Shown: piece by piece, positions 39,592-52,789 of the stretch | How the letters are laid out: each line of letters starts with the position of its first letter | How positions within the stretch are numbered: the first letter of the stretch is position 1 | Translations under genes and position numbers: made by a program | Origin: Nageia nagi | Taxonomy: Eukaryota; Plantae; Pinophyta | Length of the DNA stretch: 64,000 nt | Assembly (NCBI GenBank): GCA_050084985.1 | Contig: JBITNC010000001.1 | Span: 43,648,001 to 43,712,000, forward strand | Direction of reading: 5' to 3' | Notes under the pieces: model-generated | The model's input: only the letters and a program-made list of their open reading frames with translations | What the model was told of the DNA's origin: nothing | Database searches by the model: none

Positions 39592-41449
39592 TAGTTTCTA
39601 ATTTATATATTCATATTTTTATTACATGCAAGCATAAGCAAAATGTAACAGAAGTGCGACCATGACGTACCAAAAGGGTGAGCGCAAAGAAGCAGAAGTG
39701 TGGGTGAATTGTTTCAGAAGTGCGACAGGTTGGTATTAAGCAAATTACAACTTAACGAAGTTCTAATCTTTCTAAAATGCAGTCAAACAATATACAAAAT
39801 GCGATGAACAAATCAAGATTGCAACCTGATCCAAAGCCCCCCAAGGAATGGAAAAGCATGTTGATGCAAGAAAAACCATTCATATAGGAGGAAATTGAGA
39901 TGGCACTAGAGCCTAAATTCTCTAATGATGAGGTTAGTGTTTTGATTCTAAAAAGTATAATAGAGAAGGAAGAGGAGGGGCTAAAATCAACCCTTGTTGG
40001 TCCTTTATGGGGGTACGACCCCCTCTAGATATGATTTGAAATTGGATGAAAGCAAGATGGAGTACAAAAGGATTGGTATCCCTAGTTTCTCTCTCAAGAG
40101 AATTTCCATTATTCAAATTTTAGTTTGATGAAGACTTGTAAAAAGTGATAGAGATGGGTCCATGCTTTCTTGGGAAGAAAGGATTAGTCATCAAGCGATG
40201 GAAGAAAAATTTCTCCCTTAAAAGTGAAAATTTTAACCTCATTCCAATATGGGTCTCACTACCAAGACTTCACCCATCTTGTTGGCACCCAGGTATTATA
40301 GCTAGAATTGCAAGAGTAATTGGATCCCTTGGCATAATTGAGCGATCAACAAGATTAAAACTTAAGTTTACAAATGCAAGATTTGTGGTTAATTTAGATA
40401 TTTTTAAACCTATAATAAATGAGATAAAATTAAAAATAGAGGATGGAAGAGAATGGATGCAACCAATTGTATATGAAAATCTGCCAATACAATGTAAAAT
40501 TTATGAGTACTATGTAAAGGATTGCCTAGAAAAGAAGAGGAGGGATGAAGAAAGGAGAGAAAGGGAAAAAATGAAAAGGAGTCTTAAGATAAATAAAAAG
40601 AGCATGGGTGGAAATCAGTTAAAAAAAAAGAAAAAAATCAGAATACATCCGAAACATAGACAAAATTAACCACATAAGAAAAATAGTCAACTTCAAAAAA
40701 ATTTCAATAGAAGAAATCAACCACAACAAACTCTTATGCAATGCTATCAATTATAGAAGGAATAGACAAAGAAGCAATAAATTATAATATAGATTTTTCA
40801 GAAGATATGACAACAAATATGGAATATGGAGAAACAATAAGAAGGGTGATCAAAAAAGCAAGGAATGTAGATAGTCAAGCAACAACAACACAATAAGAAG
40901 AAGGCTAAGATGGAATCCCATCAAGAAATATACTAAACTCTAGAAAAAGCAAATGTTGGACAAAGACATGTAGGGAGACCATTCTAGGAGACACTAGAGA
41001 GAAACTCATTGAATAGGATATAGCAAATGGAAAGTAATTAACTCTACATCAAATCAACAAATCTCATCCCACCTTTAGGTTGAATAAAGGATTTCTTGAT
41101 TAGAATATTCCAACAATAAAGAGGTAGTTGGGTTGTATCTCAACGATGATTTAGATGTATTTTGACTATACAGTTTGATGATTTTCTATTAATACAATTT
41201 TTATAATAGTTTGCATTAGTGCTACCACTAGGTTATAGATGGGTAGCATCTGAGCTTATTTTGTTAATAGTTTTTTTTTGTAAATTTATTAGCTACCACT
41301 AGGTATAGCTAGGTAGTGATTTCCTATTTTGGAAACCATTTTGTGATTGCTTTTTTTGGGGTCTAGAAATAACCCCTCACCACTTTTGATAATATAATTT
41401 ACCCTTATTATAAAAAAATACAAGAACCCTTATTATAAAAAATAAAGAA
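39592..41449 (+). mobile_element. L1-type LINE with ORF1 (DUF4283-like) only, inserted in the CRM integrase
   Basis: ORF 40145..40669 IPIWVSLPRL...ARFVVNLDIFKP...QPIVYENLPIQC; A-rich 3' end; candidate 10-bp TSD taagttgcaa (39582-91, 41450-59). Confidence 0.75.
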
Positions 41450-43454
41450 TAAGTTGCAAAGTATATTCGAGGGTATGCAATATGTTGTACTAGTAAACTT
41501 AGCAACATGAAATTGGATTTATATATGCCACTTCCAATTCTAAACTACCCTTAGGAGAGTATCTCTATGAATTTTGTTGGAGGTTTACCTATGTCTAAAA
41601 GAGGACAATATGATTATTTATTTACTTTTGTGGTTAGATTTAGAAAGATGCATGTTTTAATTCTATGTAAGAAGGCTTTACTAATCAAGAAGCTATAAAT
41701 CATTTCTTTTCTCATGTTTGGGTTCATTTGGGTTTACCTAATTCAATTATTTCTAATAAAGATTCCAATTTTTTTGGTAGATTTTGGACTTATTTGTAGG
41801 GTAAGATGGAAACAAGGCTAAAAAGAAGCACTTATTTTTATCCTCAAGTTGATGGTCAAACAAAAGTGGTGAATAAAATAATAGTTCAACTTTTATGAGG
41901 ATATTGTAGCAAGCATGCAAAGAATTGTGATGAAAATATTATTTATATCCAATACTCTTATAATAGGGACATTCATACTTCCACAAGTAAAACTCTATTT
42001 GAGATTTATTTTGGATACCTTTCACCATCAACTTTTGATTGTATTTTTAGATAGTAAAAGGATAAGGAAGTTTTAGTTTTGAAAGAAGAAGAATAGGCTA
42101 AAATGTTCATTTAAGTTAGGAAATTCATTTTAAAGTTCAAAAGAACTCAAAGCAAGCCAATACAAGTATAAGATGAGATATGATAAGTATAGATTTGATT
42201 ATAAATTTTAACAATGAGACCAAGTTTGGTTGCATCTCAATAAGGATAGGTTGCAAGGACCAACCAAGAAGCTGAAATCTTTAAGGTATGAACCATTTGA
42301 TATTATATATCAAGTGAGTGAAAATAATTTTAAGTTGAATCTACTTTCGTATATGAATATCTATTCAATTTTTAATTTGGAGAACTTGAAATTATTTGAT
42401 CCATCCATGTTGACTAAAGAGGAAGAGGAAGAAGGTTAAGTTTTACCTTTAATTGATGACTTATCTCCAAAAACTATGAATGAACTTGGGGAAGATTCAA
42501 TACTACAAATAAGGTTCATACAACAAGAAATTCAGTTGATTGGGTTGAAGAGATAAAAACCTAAAAAAGTCAAGTGGTATGATAAAAAGGAGTGAGGGAT
42601 TTATTTTCTTATCTTCTTCAAAAGTGAAGCTTTTGGGGACCAAAAGCCTCATCATTGGGGATGCGTGATATGAGATTATATTATAGGAGTGAAGATTATT
42701 TTTCCAAGGATCTTCATGCCTATTTCTGATATGCACCTTTTAACTTGGTTATGTTTTATAGAATGCATCCTAACATTAATGGTACCAATAACATCAATAA
42801 TAGAAATAATGCCAAGGTTCAACTACATGCATGATCTACTGATGAGATTTTTAGGGATTAGAGTTTTTATTTTCATATACATTCAAGGGAAGTTAGGAGG
42901 GGATTTGACATAAAGAGGACTATGAATTAGTCTTGTGATAATCTATTACCAAACTACGGGTGTGTATCATTTTGGTTACCTGACCATGTCATCCAACATC
43001 AATGTTGCAAGGAAATATTAGTTTTGAAAGATGTTGAAGTAGTTTGAGACATGTGTACTTCATTTAGAAAGTTTGGAGAACCGTTTGTCTTCCAAGAGGT
43101 ATCAAATTTACTTGCATCATCTACCTAGCCATCTCTAAAGGGAGGTTGGTTGATATTATGACCATTATATGGATCTTTCTTGAAATAATTTTGATAGAGG
43201 TAGAATATAAGGGAATGAAAACATTGTTGGAAGAAATTAAATGTCCATATTATTTTGTTTTATTGTAATACTCTATTGACCCAAGACATTAATCAAATAT
43301 GATATGCTAGAATAGCACACATTGGGTGAACTAGAGTAAATTCTTGTATCTTCAGTTTATGGATATGATTGCATTTAAATTATTATTATTATCTTGTTCA
43401 ATATTTTAATTAGGTAATTACAAATATTCATTAAAGTTGATATAAATATAGAGA

Positions 43455-44731
43455 CACTACAATGCAAATCCCATTTAATGTTAGAATGGGTGTCAGACTA
43501 GTAAAAAATATATCTTGATGTAATTAATATCAGTAGGCATCAAAATAGCATCAAACATTGATTTTAAGAAAATTTTCCATGTTCTAATGCTATTTATGAC
43601 TCTATTGTTGGCGCTACTTATGATGCTATTGTCAATGCTATATATGATGCTAATAGCATTAAAGTAACCTAAAAATAAAAAAAATTGATATCACACATAA
43701 ATCATGCACAGATTATGATATAACCACTTATTATATTATTTAATTGATGATTTAGATTATTTGGGTTAAAGCATGTAATGCATATTTTACTTACTACAAA
43801 TACACATCACTCTCTATGCTCTTCAACATGTATTCAACTCTTGCAGTCTTGCATCACCAACAATGCTCTTCCAAAGGGAAAGCTCCTTCATTCACTCATT
43901 AATCATGTTGGCCTTAAATTTTACCCTTTCACGCATAAGTTTATGCAAGACAAACTTATCCATATGTATATCAACTATGAAAGTTTGATGGATGCCCATG
44001 AAGTTTTCCATTGTATGACTGAACGAGACATCTTCTCACAAAATATGATAATTTTAGGTTACCAAATACATGGCTTTCCTCGATAGGTATTAACACAATT
44101 TCATCAAATGCAATAAACAACAACAATAGTCCAACCAAATCAATTCACCTTTCCTATCATCCTCAAAGCATGCACCGAATTGGGAGATTTGCAACAAGTT
44201 TATACATAAATCAAAGACTCTTTAAATTTGGATTTTCTTTCACCAAATGCAACAAACAACAACACTAGTATAACCTGATCAATTCTCCTTTCCAAGTATC
44301 CTCAAAGCATGCATCAAATTGGGATATTTTCAACAGGGTTTATACATACATCAATACGATTTCATGGACTGTAATAATCATAGGATATGCATAAAATAAT
44401 AAATATATTTTTTTTTCCAAAATTCTACATTCTAACAAAATACCTGATGCCCAATGATGTAATACTTGATGGAAGTGATAGTGAGTGATGTTATAATTAA
44501 TACAAAATATTTTTTTTATGATGCCCATTGTGATGGAATGTGATGTTATATGTGATGCACTATGATGCTAAATATGACATCATATCATATTTTTTATGAT
44601 GTTAAATGTGATGCTAATCCTGACGTGTATGTTAGGATCATTTGTAACGAAAATATTTTGGAAAATAAAAATAAAAAATATATTAGGATTTGACGCCTAC
44701 GCTAACATTAAACCTGATTTTTGTTGTAGTG
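43455..44731. mobile_element. Pack-CACTA element (1277 bp) carrying a PPR gene fragment
   Basis: TIRs CACTACAA / TTGTAGTG; TSD AGA; tgatgc subterminal repeats; interrupts the CRM 3' LTR. Confidence 0.88.
43760..44355 (+). pseudogene. Captured PLS-class PPR gene fragment
   Basis: MHILLTT...LLQSC...GKLLHSLI...LIHMY...SLMDAHEVFHCMTERDIFSQNMII.GY..HGFP and QPNQFTFPIILKAC; stops and deletions. Confidence 0.85.
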
Positions 44732-44799
44732 AGAATAATAAATTTTTATTTAATTATCTTAAGAATAACATAGCTTACAATGATTTACAAATAAAAAAA

Positions 44800-45000
44800 A
44801 AAAAAAGAGAATCTTTGTTCAATGGAAGGCCTTTTATAGTTTATAAAATAATTTAAAAACAAAGATAAAATAATTTTAAGCTTAGAATTTTTTTATGATA
44901 TATAAGTTCAACTATATATTTTTTAAATAGGTTATAAATAATTATTATTTTCCCTATGAACTCGAGATAGGAATAACCATTTACAGTTCTATGTTGTTCA
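44800..45000 (+). mobile_element. Continuation of the non-LTR element split by the CRM-like insertion
   Basis: KRIFVQWKAFYSL follows the 3' LTR and continues NHKLN*NICV from 33160-33195; right boundary uncertain. Confidence 0.5.
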
Positions 45001-45509
45001 TTCACCTTGATCAAATAATAAAAATTAAATTAAGTACATATAACTTAAAACATTATAAAAATATCAATATTAAAATACCATTATTTTAATATTGCTAAAT
45101 TTCCAATTATTTAAACTTTCAAATATATATTAAAAATTATTATTGTAATATTTAATTTCTAATGATATTTTCATAAGATATGATAATTTTAGAACACTAA
45201 AGATATGAATTACCTATAAAAGCATGTATACCTTTTCAATAACATTGTCCTAAGTATGAATTTATTTTCAAAGGTGTCTAAATTTTCTATAAAAAAAAAA
45301 AAAAAAAACTTCTTTATCCTTCAAATAAAACATATTAGAGTAATACTTCTAAATACACAAAATATTTTTCACATAGAAATTAACCTACTAAATAACTAAA
45401 CTCTTTTTATTTTAAATAAAAATTATTATCCTAAAAAAAATTTAATTAATAATTTCTTATTATAAAAAATATTATTTTCTTTTTGTCTCAAAATACATTT
45501 ATTTTTAAT

Positions 45510-48500
45510 CTTCACATTTTACTTACAAATGCACATTAATCTCCTAATTGCATCCTTTTGAAAGCTCCTTCATTTACTCATTAATCACATTGAACTTAAT
45601 TTATCTCATCCACAAATACAATTTTGTATGATAGACTTAATCAAATGTATGTCAACTGTGCAAGTTTGATTGACACTCGTAAGGTTTTGGACAATATGAT
45701 TGAATGAAAACATGAATTCCCTTTAGAGATATTTGTTGGGATGGAGCCCGATTACCAATACTGAACATGCTACAAAAAAATAGTAACAAACAAGCAGTTG
45801 GAGGTGCTAGATAATGTGGAAACATGAGTAAAAGTAGGCTGGAGCTTCCATGCATTGATTCCCACGCCAGGCTAGAGCTTCCATTCATGATGGAATAAAT
45901 CCAAGTTATGGTTATAACAAATATAAATAATATTATATTGTTTACAAAGTGCCTGATATTATGTATAGGATTAAAGGTGTACTACTATTGTGTATGAGTC
46001 AAGCACTGTAGATTGGCAATGTCTATTAGAGAGAAATACAGAGATTGATTAAAATCTGTAAGAGTGTAATCTTTGGCATTGAATGTTCATCAAAGAAATG
46101 ATAACAAGGAAGTGTTATTGATATATTTTTTTCTGGATGTAATGGATCCAAGCATAAAGATTAATAGCTTCTCCAAAGACATAGACCACATTGGGTGAAC
46201 CTCATTAATTTTCTTATCTCCAAATTTTTAGTTTGGATTTTATTTACTATTTTCTATTCACATTATTTGTTTTGAAAATTTAAAGATTAGAAAATATATT
46301 GCTTGCTAAATTATGTAAAATTAATTCATTCCAACAAGTGGTATCAGATATTTTGTGTTGGTGCTTGATAATTGCTTGTGAGTTTGTGATTGATCAGGCA
46401 AAGCAATATGGCAAAGGAAAGACTAAGGGTAAAAGAATTTAATAACATAAATTTTTAATATTCAAAAATGCAAATGGAGGATTACCTTTATCAAAAGGAT
46501 CTCCACTTGCTCTTGAAGGAAAGAAACCTGTAAAATTGAATTATGATTAATGGGGGCTTTTGGATAGAAAGGCATTTGGAGCTATGAGGTTATGTCTTAG
46601 CTCAAGTGTTGTCTTCGATATCTCCAAGGAGATATCAATAAAGGGAGTTATGGATGCTTTGAAAAATATGTATGAGAAGCCTTTAGCCTTTAATAAGGTA
46701 CATCTTATGAAAAATTTGTTTAATTTGAAAATGAATGAAGGTGGAAACATTCAAGACCATGTAAATAATTTCAATAGTGTGACATCTCAATTAGATTCAG
46801 TAAAGATTGATTTTGATGATGAGATAAAGGCATCGTTACTCTTGTGTGCTCTTCTTGAAAGTTGGAATACATTTGTTATGGCTATTACCAATATTTATTC
46901 TAACTCAAAACTTGTAGTTGATGAAGTAATTGGTACAATACTTAGTAAAGATATGAGGAGAAAATCCTCGGGTGAATATTCTACATCTAGTTCAACCCAC
47001 ACTACTGAAACTAGAGGAATATCAACAGAAAGAGGAAGGGGTGGAGCAAGAGGTAGATCTCAATCTCAATCAAGTAGAGGTAAAAATAATTTGGAATGTT
47101 GGTATTGTGGGAAAAAGGGTCACCTAAGGAGAGAATGTAGAAATAGAATGAATAAAGATTGCAATGATGGTAATGCTAGTCCAATTGGGAGTCAAGAAGC
47201 TACTGTTGCAAATAAAATTTTACAAGTGTATTGATATTGTGTCTTGATAAAAATGGTGAATATCGGGTCATTGATTCTGATGCCTCTTTTCATGCTACTT
47301 CTCATAGAGAATATTTTGTTGATTATTTTGTGGGTGACTATAGTGAAGTATTGCTTGGGACAGATCATTCATGTAAAATTGTTGGAATTGGTACAATGGC
47401 AATAAAACTCCTAATGATACACAATGGACTTTGTATGAAACAAGACACACTCCAGATTTAATTTAAGAAATCTTATTTCAGCTGGCAAATTGGATAAAGA
47501 AGGGTATATGATTTCATTTAGTAATCTCTCTTGTAAAGTAACTAAAGGCTCATTAGAAGTACCAAAAGGTTCAATGGTAGGCACTTTGTATTTAATTACC
47601 AATATCTTGAGTTATTATATGAATCTTGTTTCAGTAGGAGAGAGTGCTGCCATGTGGCATAATAGACTTCATATGAGTGAGAGAGGTATCAAAATCTTAC
47701 ACTCTAAAAAAGTTACTTGCTAATTTGAAAAAGGTTGATTTGGGATTTTTTGAAGATTGTGTTTATGAAAAACAAAGAAGAGTAAGTTTCTTAAAAATGG
47801 TTAAAGAAAGAAAGAAAGAAAAAATGGACCTTCTACGCACTCATTTGTAGGGATCATCACAAACAACATTACTTGGGGGATCATCTTACTTTGTGATATC
47901 ATTGATGATTGCACTAGAAAAGCATGGGTATTTCCACTAAAAAAAATGATGTGTTTGAGGTATTTAAGGTTTGGAAAGCATTGGTAAAAAATGAAACCAA
48001 TAAAAGGATTAAATGTCTAAAATCAGATAATGGTGTTGAATTTTGTGGCAAAGAATTTGATGATTTTTGTTCACAAAATGGCATTAGAAGGATTAAGGTA
48101 GTTCCTAGAACACCTCAAGAAAATGGGATGGCTAAAAGGATGAATAGGACTATCTTGAAAAGGGCAAGAAGCATGAGGATACATGCAGGTTTACTTTCAT
48201 TTCTTTGGGCTAACATAGTTGATACTGTTGTGTATTTGATTAACAAGAGTCCTTCTACTACCTTGGATGGAGGAATTCCAAAAGAAGCTTGGATAGGTAA
48301 AAAGGTGAATTATTCTTTCCTGAGAGTCTTTGGTTATGAGGATTATGCAAATATTGATAATGAAAATAGAAAGAAATTAGATGTATCAGAAATGCTATTT
48401 CATTGGATATGGAGTTGATGGCTTGGGATATAGGTTATGGGATCTTGATAGCCATAAAGTTATCAGGAGTAGAGATGTTATTTTTAATGAAAAGTGTTTG

Positions 48501-51030
48501 TATAAAGACAAGTTACAGAAAAAGCAAAAGGAAAGGGAAGAACCAAAGTATGTGGTTCTTGATAATAAAGAAAAAAGTAATCCTAAGCTTCAAATAGAAG
48601 CTCCACCACAACTACAACCATGAGAAGAAAAATAAGAACCTCAAACATCACCTACTTCTATTGTGAGGAGATATTCAAGGAAATGTAGAATCCCTTAACG
48701 TTTCTCTAATTATGTAATGCCTATAAGGGAAAGTAAGTTACCAAATCACTTTTATCCTACACTTCATTATGTGTTATATATGGATGCCAGTGAACTTCAG
48801 TATTTGGATAAAGCAAAACAATTGAGTACATGGGACAAGTGGGAGCTTTCTATGAAGGAAGAAATAGACTCATTACTTCAAAATCAAACATGGGATTTGA
48901 TGAATCTCTCTAAAAACAAGAGATCCTTGACAAATAAATGGGTGTACAAGTTAAAGGATCGATGAAGGAAATGGTAAGCAAAGATATAAGGCTAGGCTTA
49001 TGGTAAAAGGTTATGCTCAAAAGAAAGGAATTGATTATGATAAATTTTTCTCACTGATTGTTAAGATGACCTCAATTAAAACAATTCATAGTATTGTTGC
49101 TTCCAAAAATTTGTTTCTTGAATAATTAGATGTGAAAACAACATTCCTTCATGGAGTATGAAAGGGGAGATCTATATGTAACAACTTGAAAGGTTTGAGG
49201 TAAAAGGTAAAGATGGATTTGTATGTAGATTGAAAAAGAGCTTGTATGGCCTTAAACAAGCTCCAAAGCAATGGTATTTGAAATTTGATACATTCATTTG
49301 GAAAATAAAAATGAGATGGGAATCTGATCATTATGTTTATTTCAAAAGAATAAGTAAAGAAAATCATGTTATTTTGCTCTTGTATGTGGATGATATGCTT
49401 GTTACAGGAACTAGTAAGAAGGACATTGATGATCTTAAGGAAAAGTTATCCAAAACATTCAACACGAAGGATTTTGGTGAGATAAGGCAAATCCTTGGTA
49501 TAAAGATCACAAGAGATAAAAAAAACCACACTCTCACATGATCTCAAGAAGACTACATTTGAGAAGGTGAGAAACAGGTTCAATAATGCAAAGAGTATTG
49601 CATAACCCTTGGGACATCAATTCAAGCTTTCAAACGAATTGTATCCAAAAACACAAGTGGAACATGATCATATGAAGAAGGTTCCCTGTGCTTCAATGGT
49701 TGGAAGCTTGATGTATGCAATGGCGTGCACTAGACCAGATGTTGCACAAGCAGTAGGAGTGGATAGTAGGTATATGAGAAATATAGGTAAAGAGCACTAA
49801 CAAGTGGTAAAAGGGATTCTCAGGTATTTGAGAGGTACATCCAAATATGCATTATATTTTGAAGGTTCTAATGTTTTCTTGAAAGGTTTTGTAGATTCTG
49901 ATATGGGAGGTGATCATGATTGTGGAAGAAGTACCACAGGATATGTCTTTACTGTTGATAGAATAAAAATAAGTTAGATTTCAAAACTTCAAGTTATGGC
50001 TTTATCTATCACCAAATCAAAGTATATTGATGCTACTGAGGCAAGCAAAGAGTTGATATGGTTGAAAACATTGATGAAGAAGTTGGGAAATTATCAAGAA
50101 GATGCAGCTCTATGGAGTGATAGCCAGAGCACTATTCACCTTGCAAAGCACTCGACATTTCACTCAAGGATCAAGCACATTTAGCTGAAATATCATTTCA
50201 TCAGGTCAAAATTAAAGGATGGTTCAATCAAACTTGGCAAGTTTCACACCTCTAACAATTTAGTAGACATGTTGACAAAAGTTGTGACAAAGGAGAAATT
50301 TAGCAATAGCTACTGCTAAATTTCTATTGGTCTTAAGGAGTAGGAGGCCAAAATGAGAAGCTTTTCAATAACTTGTTTGTGGAGCAATGTATCGATCTCC
50401 AAGTGGGAGATTGTTGGGATGGAGCCCAATTAACAATACCAATTAACAATATTGAACATGCCACCAAAAGGTAGTAACAAACAATAAGCAGTTGAAGATG
50501 CTGGATAACGTGGCAATGTGAACAAACCGATATTGGAGCTTCCATTCACGATGGAATAAAGCCAAGTTATAGTTATAACAAATATTAATGATATTATGTT
50601 GTTTACAAAGTGCCCGATATTATATATAGGCCATGATGTATAAATTATTAAAGGTGTATTGATGTTGTGTATGAGTTGAGCACTGTAGATTGGTAATATC
50701 TATTAGAGAGAAGTATAGAGATTTATTAAAATATGTAAGAGTGTAATCTTTGGCATTGAATGTTCATCAAAAATAGAACAAGAAGTGTTGTTGATGCATT
50801 TCTTTCTAGATGTAATGGCTTTAAGCATCAAAACAGATAGCTTTTCCGAGGACGTAGCCCACATTGGGTGAACCTCATTAATGGTTTGGATTTTGTTTAT
50901 TGTTTTCAGTTCATATTATTTGTTTTACACATTTAAAGATTAGAAAATATATTACTTGTTGAATTATGCAAAATTAATTCATTCCAACAACATTGACATT
51001 GTTTTTCCAAATGTAACAACTCATAGCAAA
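45510..51030 (+). pseudogene. Degenerate PPR remnant (45510-45733 and 50990-51030) split by a copia insertion
   Basis: MYVNCASLIDTRKVLDNMIE before the insertion; removing the copia restores HEFPLEILTLFFQM* (HGFP.EALTLF.QM-like). Confidence 0.7.
45734..50989 (+). mobile_element. Full-length but decayed Tork/Tnt1-like Ty1/copia element
   Basis: 5' LTR 45734-46336 and 3' LTR 50412-50989 (TGTTGG...CCAACA); TSD atatt/acatt; PBS TGGTATCAGA 46339; PPT AAGTGGGAGAT; gag CWYCGKKGHLRREC, PR, INT, RT (LLLYVDDML), RH; frameshifts and stops. Confidence 0.95.
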
Positions 51031-52789
51031 AATTCAACGAAGCACACAACTTTCCACACTACATTGTGTGTCCTACTACATTGTTGCAATTGAAAGGTTA
51101 CAAGACGTACCTAGAATTGTACATGGTTGCAACGATGAGCCATATAAATCATTTAGTTTTTATTTTTTATTTTTTTATTTCAAATATTTTTGAAATTGAA
51201 ATATTAATAATAAAAATAAAATTACTTATAATTGATTAGAAATTGGATAAATTTATTATTTTATTTTCAATTTAAAATTATTATAAGCTTAATTTTGTAT
51301 TATGAGAAGTTCTTGGTATTAACAAAATATGGGTAATGAACATAAATAAAAATGTGAGTAAGGGTTAATTGATATAATAGGAATAAAAATAGAAATAAAT
51401 AATTGAACATAGGAAGAAATTTTTTTGTTATTATTATGCAATGATAATAAATATACGTTGATTAAAGAAATTTATTTTTAGAATAAAAAATAAAATTTTA
51501 TTCTTAAAATTATTAAAAAGATTAAAAATTATTTAAATTTTTTTATAAAAAGTAGAATAAAATTAATAAATCTATATTTGAAGGTTGCATGAGGTTGGAT
51601 GGTGTAACTTGTAGGTTGCAAATCTTCATATTGGAAGATCAAAAACTAAATTATACCTTAACAATTTTCAATACTGTAAAATATAATTATTGGAAGTATG
51701 CATACAAGTTATTTATTTTGAATGGTAAGCAAAAATACATGTAAGATTAAACTGAAATAATAAAATCATGGGATAAATAATATTTCTTAGATTAGAACTC
51801 TTGCAATGATCAAAAGTTGTTCATGGAAATGTATTTTTCTTACATGATACAATCTAGTGCAACCAATGGATAAAAAAATACAGCTTTCCATTTTTTAAAT
51901 CTATCAAAGATAAAACAAATCTCACTTTGCTCAACCATTGTAGGAGGTAAGCATGTGCAAAGTTAAATTTTTTTATATATAATATTTAAATGAATAAGAT
52001 CATTTTGTATTTTGTACTTCACTATTACTAATGTCATATTTTGATTTCATGTAGATGTTAATCATTTTTGTATGATTTTTCTTTAACTTAATTCTAAGAT
52101 CAATTCAAAAAATCTCAAAGTAATGAAAAAATAATTGTTCTAATTGATTTAGTAGAATAAACTATATCTTGTTATTTATTTTCTTTTGAACCATCTTTCA
52201 AATATTTTAATATCTTTCTTAATAGATATATGATCAAAAATGATTTTTAATATCACTTAACTTATATTTGCATGGAGCTTCTATTAAAGATGTTCCATCT
52301 TTAAATAATTTTACTACATTTGTGGTTACTCTTTTATTTGCATGATCCTTTGGTTTGCCCATTTGTGAAAATTTAATTTATCAATAATGTTGCAAATAAT
52401 TTTCTAAATTTTAAAATTTTATATAAATTTTTTAATTGTCATAACTTTATTTTGTTACATCAGGTGTTAAATTGTAAATGTGAATATATTTGTTTCTTCA
52501 AAAGGGATAGACACAAGTTTAATTTTATCTTTGATATGAAACTTAATTCTATGTTCAATTCAGACAATTCAATGCATCAATCATATAGTAAATTTCAAAT
52601 AACAGAGTTCTATTATTTATAAATAAAATTAATATAGTATTTAATCATGTTAAGGGAGTTGGAAAGGAGTGGATGAATTAAATTTCTCAAATAGAAAAAA
52701 AGAAACCTAAAATTCCTAATAATAATATGCTTACTATTAATGCACTGATACAAGTATCATGATTAATCGAATGATTTTGGCAATTGTTT

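Larger units (their letters stand above)
33196..44794 (+). mobile_element. Decayed CRM-like Ty3/gypsy element with three nested insertions
   Basis: 5' LTR 33196-33779 and 3' LTR 42666-44794 (split by CACTA) share sequence; TGAT...ATCA-type termini; PBS TGGTAC at 33782; gag PFKVEAKV..FDGEVD; protease SQVNLI...HPNLYPLVWV; RT, RNase H, integrase (PQVDGQTKVVN). Confidence 0.85.
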
